NCBI GenBank assembly: GCA_965212205.1
Contig: CBDBUX010000018.1
Location: 91,656-155,655 of the forward strand
Source: Flavobacteriaceae bacterium
GTDB lineage: Bacteria > Bacteroidota > Bacteroidia > Flavobacteriales > Flavobacteriaceae
Length of the DNA stretch: 64,000 bases
Reading direction: 5' to 3'
Of the stretch, positions 59,819-64,000 are shown in pieces. The notes beneath the pieces were generated by a model. That model did not search any database and had not been told where the DNA came from. It worked only from the letters and a program-made list of their open reading frames with translations. A program made the translations under genes and the position numbers. The first letter of the stretch is position 1; each line of letters begins with the position of its first letter.

Positions 59819-62800
59819 TCCGGCAACTGCGTTTCTGACGTTAGCTGGGCTAAATCTCTTTTCTTTTCGTAGCCTGCAATCTTACCGATCAGCAGAAATA
59901 GCATGGGGTAGAAGAAAACTCCCAGCAATGTGGCGATACTCATTCCCCCTAGTAAGGCCATGCCCATAACCTTTCTGGCCTCGGCTCCTGTACCGGTTGC
60001 AATGACTAATGGAAAAATACCCAGTATAAATGAGAAAGCTGTCATTAAGATAGGTCTGAACCTCGATTTAGCAGCCTTGATCGCTGAATCGAACAGCGAT
60101 AGCCCGCCTTTGAACTCCTCATTGGCAAATTCTACGATCAGGATGGCATTTTTAGCTGCCATTCCTATTAACATTACAAAAGAAACCTGGGCGAAAATAT
60201 TGTTCTCAAATGTTATGCTGAAAAGCCTGGCTACCCATAAGAATGCAAGTGCGCCAAATATGGCAAATGGCGTACCTAACAAGATGGCGAACGGTAAACT
60301 CCAACTTTCGTATTGTGCAGAAAGTATCAGGAATACAAAAACCAGTGAGAAGGTCAGGATTACACCCAAGGAACCCGCTGCTTTATTTTCCTGAAAGGAC
60401 ATAGCATTCCAGGAGGTGGTCATATCAGCCGGCAATACTTCTTCGGCTACCTCGCTCAATGCCTGCATGGCCTGGGCTGAGGTATAACCCGATGCCGGAG
60501 CACCGGTTACTTCTACCGAGCGAAACAGATTAAAACGGTTGGTGTAGTCTGGTCCGCTAATAGGTCTGATGGTAGCCACCGTGGATAAGGGCACCATCTT
60601 CCCATCTTTATTTTTAATAAAGAAATTCTCAATTTGTGATTCATTTACCCGGTATTCACTCTCTGCCTGAATATAGGTTTTGTACAATCGTCCGAACCGT
60701 GTAAAATCATTTACATAGGCCCCTCCCATAAAGGCGCCAATTGTGGTATAGACATCATTTAGTGAAAGCCCTAATTTAAGAGCCTTCTCTTTATCGATGT
60801 CCATATATCGCTGGGGCACATTGCTCTGAAAAGTTGTAAATGCCGATCCAATCTCCTCACGGGCATTAACTGCCTGAAGAAATTTACCGGTATTTTCGGC
60901 CAGATAAGCAGGTGGGTTACCGGCCTTGTCCTGAACCATGATACTAAAGCCAGAGCCACTGCCTAAACCAGGGATAGCCGGAGGTCCGAAGGCGAAGGCC
61001 TGTGCTCCTTGAATATTAAAAAACAACTGGCCATTTAATCTGGCTATTACTTCTTTTACGGATGCTTCCCTATCTCCCCAGTCCTTTAATGTAACGAACA
61101 TAAAGCCGTTATTAGGGGCCACAGCACCTGAAAGCAAGCTATAGCCAGTGGCATTCGTGACATACTCAACTTCCGGATAACTTAACAGAATTGCTTCAAT
61201 CTGGCTGCTGAGCTCATCTGATCTTTGAAGTGAAGATGCATTGGGTAACTGCACGTTGACATAAAAGTATCCCATGTCTTCTTCAGGAATAAATCCGCCT
61301 GGGACCAGACTGCCAAAAATACCTGCACCTACCGTTAGGAGAATTATAAATATAACTCCTCTTTTTAACTTGCCGGTGATGACATTGGTTAAAGACATAT
61401 AACTATCCGTAGTTCGGCCCATCCAATGATTAAACTTTTCAAAGAATTTGCCTAACCAACCACCGTAAGGTTTTGGTTCTTTAAGGAGGAGGGAACAAAG
61501 TGCGGGACTTAGCGTAAGAGCATTCAAAGAAGATACCAGCACGGATACAGCGATCGTAATGGCAAACTGCTGATATAAAAGTCCGGTAATACCAGCCATG
61601 CCGGCAACCGGAATAAAAACGGCTACCAGAACCAGGGTGGTGGCAATGACTGGTGCGGTAACTTTTCTCATCGCATCATTGGTGGCCTCCTTAGTGGTCA
61701 TGCCTTTGGCAATATTCACCTGCACCGCCTCTACTACCACAATGGCGTCATCGACCACAATACCAATCGCTAATACCAGGCCTAATAACGACAATACGTT
61801 TATCGTAAAGCCCAGTAGAGGAAAGAACATAAATGCCCCGATCAGGGACACCGGGATGGCAAGGGTAGGGATGAGCGTGGCCCTCCAGTCCTGGATAAAA
61901 ATAAATACTACCAGGATCACTAAAACGAGTGCTACAATCAGTGTAATTATGATATCACGTATACCGGCTGTGATCGGAAGAGTAGAATCCAGAGATACAT
62001 CATAGGTCATGCCTTCAGGGAACCCCTTTTTGATCTCCTCCATTTCTACCTTGATCTCCTCTGCAAGCTGAACAGCATTAGACCCCGGAGCCTGGTAAAG
62101 ACCGATAATAGCACATTCTTTAGGCTTATTATCCCTGCCTTCCTGGTTAACTCCCAATCGTGGAATCATGGCATAGGTCTCTACCCCTAAGGCAACCCTG
62201 GCGATATCGCCAATTTTTACCTGTGAACCATCTGATAAGGTCCGAATTACGATCTCTTCAAAAGCCTCGGGGGAATTAAATCGTTCGGGTAAGCGAACTG
62301 TATAGGTAAATTCTGTACCCGGAGGCGAAGGTTCTGCGCCAAATTTACCACCCGGGACAATAACATTTTGCTCGTTGATAGCATTCATGATCTCCGGTAC
62401 TGTAATACCAAGTATGGATAGTCGATCTGGTTTGATCCAAATCCTCATGGAATAATTTGAAGCCCCTAAAACATCTACTTTTCCAAGACCAGGGATCCTC
62501 GCCAACCGATCCTTAATATTGATAAGGGCATAGTTTCCCAGGAATTCCTGGTTGTCATGCGCCGGATTGGAGGTGGTAAGCGTAACCAGCATGAGCTGAG
62601 TAGGAATGGCCTTCTTTGTTGTAACCCCGTATTGAGTTACAGCCGAAGGAAGTTTTGCGGTTGCTGCAGATACTCGGTTCTGCGCTAATACGGTATTCAT
62701 ATCAGGATCCGTACCCACGTCGAAAGAGACCTGGATCTTCATAGTTCCATCATTCGCATTGATAGACTTCATGTAGATCATGTTATCTACCCCGTTCATC

Positions 62801-63015
62801 TCCTGTTCAATGGGAGTGGCCACGGATTCTTCTACACTCAGGGCATCTGCACCTGTATAGGTAGCTGCCACTTCTACCACCGGTGGTGTCAGGTTCGGAT
62901 ATTGTTCAATGGAAAGGCCAATTACCGATACGCCACCAACGATGACGATCACAATAGCGATCACAATAGCCGTAATAGGTCTTGAAACAAAGAGATTTCC
63001 TTTTTGTTCTGCCAT
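59815..63015 (-). CDS. RND multidrug efflux permease (HAE1/AcrB type)
   Basis: 1066-aa ORF, FVSRPITAIVIAIVIVIVGG.., with conserved LGLVLAIGIVVDDAIVVVE and VMLIGMAAKNAILIVEFA segments and 12-TM topology. Confidence 0.95.
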   Translation of the reverse strand: MAEQKGNLFVSRPITAIVIAIVIVIVGGVSVIGLSIEQYPNLTPPVVEVAATYTGADALSVEESVATPIEQEMNGVDNMIYMKSINANDGTMKIQVSFDVGTDPDMNTVLAQNRVSAATAKLPSAVTQYGVTTKKAIPTQLMLVTLTTSNPAHDNQEFLGNYALINIKDRLARIPGLGKVDVLGASNYSMRIWIKPDRLSILGITVPEIMNAINEQNVIVPGGKFGAEPSPPGTEFTYTVRLPERFNSPEAFEEIVIRTLSDGSQVKIGDIARVALGVETYAMIPRLGVNQEGRDNKPKECAIIGLYQAPGSNAVQLAEEIKVEMEEIKKGFPEGMTYDVSLDSTLPITAGIRDIIITLIVALVLVILVVFIFIQDWRATLIPTLAIPVSLIGAFMFFPLLGFTINVLSLLGLVLAIGIVVDDAIVVVEAVQVNIAKGMTTKEATNDAMRKVTAPVIATTLVLVAVFIPVAGMAGITGLLYQQFAITIAVSVLVSSLNALTLSPALCSLLLKEPKPYGGWLGKFFEKFNHWMGRTTDSYMSLTNVITGKLKRGVIFIILLTVGAGIFGSLVPGGFIPEEDMGYFYVNVQLPNASSLQRSDELSSQIEAILLSYPEVEYVTNATGYSLLSGAVAPNNGFMFVTLKDWGDREASVKEVIARLNGQLFFNIQGAQAFAFGPPAIPGLGSGSGFSIMVQDKAGNPPAYLAENTGKFLQAVNAREEIGSAFTTFQSNVPQRYMDIDKEKALKLGLSLNDVYTTIGAFMGGAYVNDFTRFGRLYKTYIQAESEYRVNESQIENFFIKNKDGKMVPLSTVATIRPISGPDYTNRFNLFRSVEVTGAPASGYTSAQAMQALSEVAEEVLPADMTTSWNAMSFQENKAAGSLGVILTFSLVFVFLILSAQYESWSLPFAILLGTPFAIFGALAFLWVARLFSITFENNIFAQVSFVMLIGMAAKNAILIVEFANEEFKGGLSLFDSAIKAAKSRFRPILMTAFSFILGIFPLVIATGTGAEARKVMGMALLGGMSIATLLGVFFYPMLFLLIGKIAGYEKKRDLAQLTSETQLPE

Positions 63016-63017
63016 GC

Positions 63018-64000
63018 TTAGCTGGAAGTTTTGCTTTGGAATTCTGATGGCACCGGATTAACGGGCATCCCTGATTGTACTTTTTGCAGAGCGTCAATGA
63101 CAACTTTTTCTCCGGCCTTTAATCCCTCGGAAATAAGCACCATATCACCCATTCGCTGCCCAATAGTAACCGGTCTGATCTCGATGGTATTTTCTGCGCT
63201 TATAACCATTGCAGAATACTGACCTTGTAATTCTGTCAGGCAACGCTGTGGAATCACAACCGCATTTTCGGCTATAGAAAGGCGTATCCTTACCTTGGCA
63301 TAAAGCCCCGGTCTTAATATCTTCGATGGATTAGGAAAACTCGCCTGAATTAGCAGTGAGCCGGTATTGGCATTGATCTGGCTATTGACAAAATCGATAT
63401 TTCCTTTGTGTTCGAATAATGAACCATCTGCCAGGATAAGCTCTACCTGAGGCTCGACTCTTCCCTCGTTGATCTCCTCTGTTATTTCCTCATCGGCACG
63501 TTGACCCTGATAGGTTCTGGCCACCTCCAGATACTTGGTTTCTGAAATAGAAAATTGTACACGTATGGTATCAATCCGAGATAATGTGTTAAGGATAACA
63601 GGGTTGGGATCTCTTCCAACATATTCACCTTCTCTGGCTTCGGTAGCACCAATCATACCGGTGATAGGGGCTTTTATTGTAGTATAGCTCAGTTTTATCC
63701 TGGCTTGTCTGAGATTTGCTTCCGCAGCCTGAACACCCGCCACAGAGGCATCATAACTTGCCTGGGCTCCATCCAGATCACTTTTACTCACCGCATTCAT
63801 TTCGGCAAGCGGGATATAACGATCGAGTTCATTTTTAGCATTCACCATCATGGTCTGCGCTTCGGCCAATTGACTTTCCTTAGCGGCAACTTCGGCCAAA
63901 AATGGATCCGGATCGATGGAGTAAAGCAGGTCTCCTTTATTGACTCTTGACCCTTCCTCAAAAGAGATTTTTTCAAGATATCCGTCTACCCTTGCTCGTA
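63018..64000 (-). CDS. RND efflux periplasmic adaptor subunit, 5'-truncated by the window edge
   Basis: The track starts at a TTG at 63899, but the frame stays open to nt 64000 (..RVDGYLEKISFEEGSRVNKGDLLYSIDPDPFLAEVAAKE..), which is the typical lipoyl-domain N-terminal part. So the N-terminus lies outside the window. Confidence 0.88.
   Translation of the reverse strand, partial: RARVDGYLEKISFEEGSRVNKGDLLYSIDPDPFLAEVAAKESQLAEAQTMMVNAKNELDRYIPLAEMNAVSKSDLDGAQASYDASVAGVQAAEANLRQARIKLSYTTIKAPITGMIGATEAREGEYVGRDPNPVILNTLSRIDTIRVQFSISETKYLEVARTYQGQRADEEITEEINEGRVEPQVELILADGSLFEHKGNIDFVNSQINANTGSLLIQASFPNPSKILRPGLYAKVRIRLSIAENAVVIPQRCLTELQGQYSAMVISAENTIEIRPVTIGQRMGDMVLISEGLKAGEKVVIDALQKVQSGMPVNPVPSEFQSKTSS

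Overview
64-kb chromosomal window that looks like a Flavobacteriia-type Bacteroidota genome: gld/T9SS genes, many lipoproteins, TAnnTTTG-type -7 boxes and little Shine-Dalgarno usage. It holds about 45 tightly packed protein genes. I saw no rRNA, tRNA, CRISPR array, transposase or integrase. Housekeeping and envelope blocks: an S41 protease, msrA-msrB, purH-mreB-mreC-mreD-mrdA-rodA, groES-groEL, miaB / sigma-54 activator / lptE-like / TPR protein / secG, and topA. Also present: the complete gldK-gldL-gldM-gldN T9SS/gliding core operon, two tripartite RND efflux operons (one headed by a MarR gene with a perfect palindromic operator candidate) and an ABC-F ATPase. Accessory-looking loci: a HYC_CC_PP / TonB-dependent receptor / HMA metal cassette, a plant-type LRR protein, and a 10-kb gene for a 3346-aa adhesin with a T9SS type-B C-terminal domain, followed by PorP/SprF-like and OmpA-family genes. 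I do not see a clear new multi-gene system, and nothing resembles a defence island or mobile element. The most promising under-described items are the metal cassette, an arginase-fold gene with degenerate metal ligands sitting just before gldK, the adhesin triad, and a CPXCG gene remnant whose first zinc knuckle is replaced by a perfect 18-bp palindrome. All family assignments come from motif recognition by eye; no searches were run.
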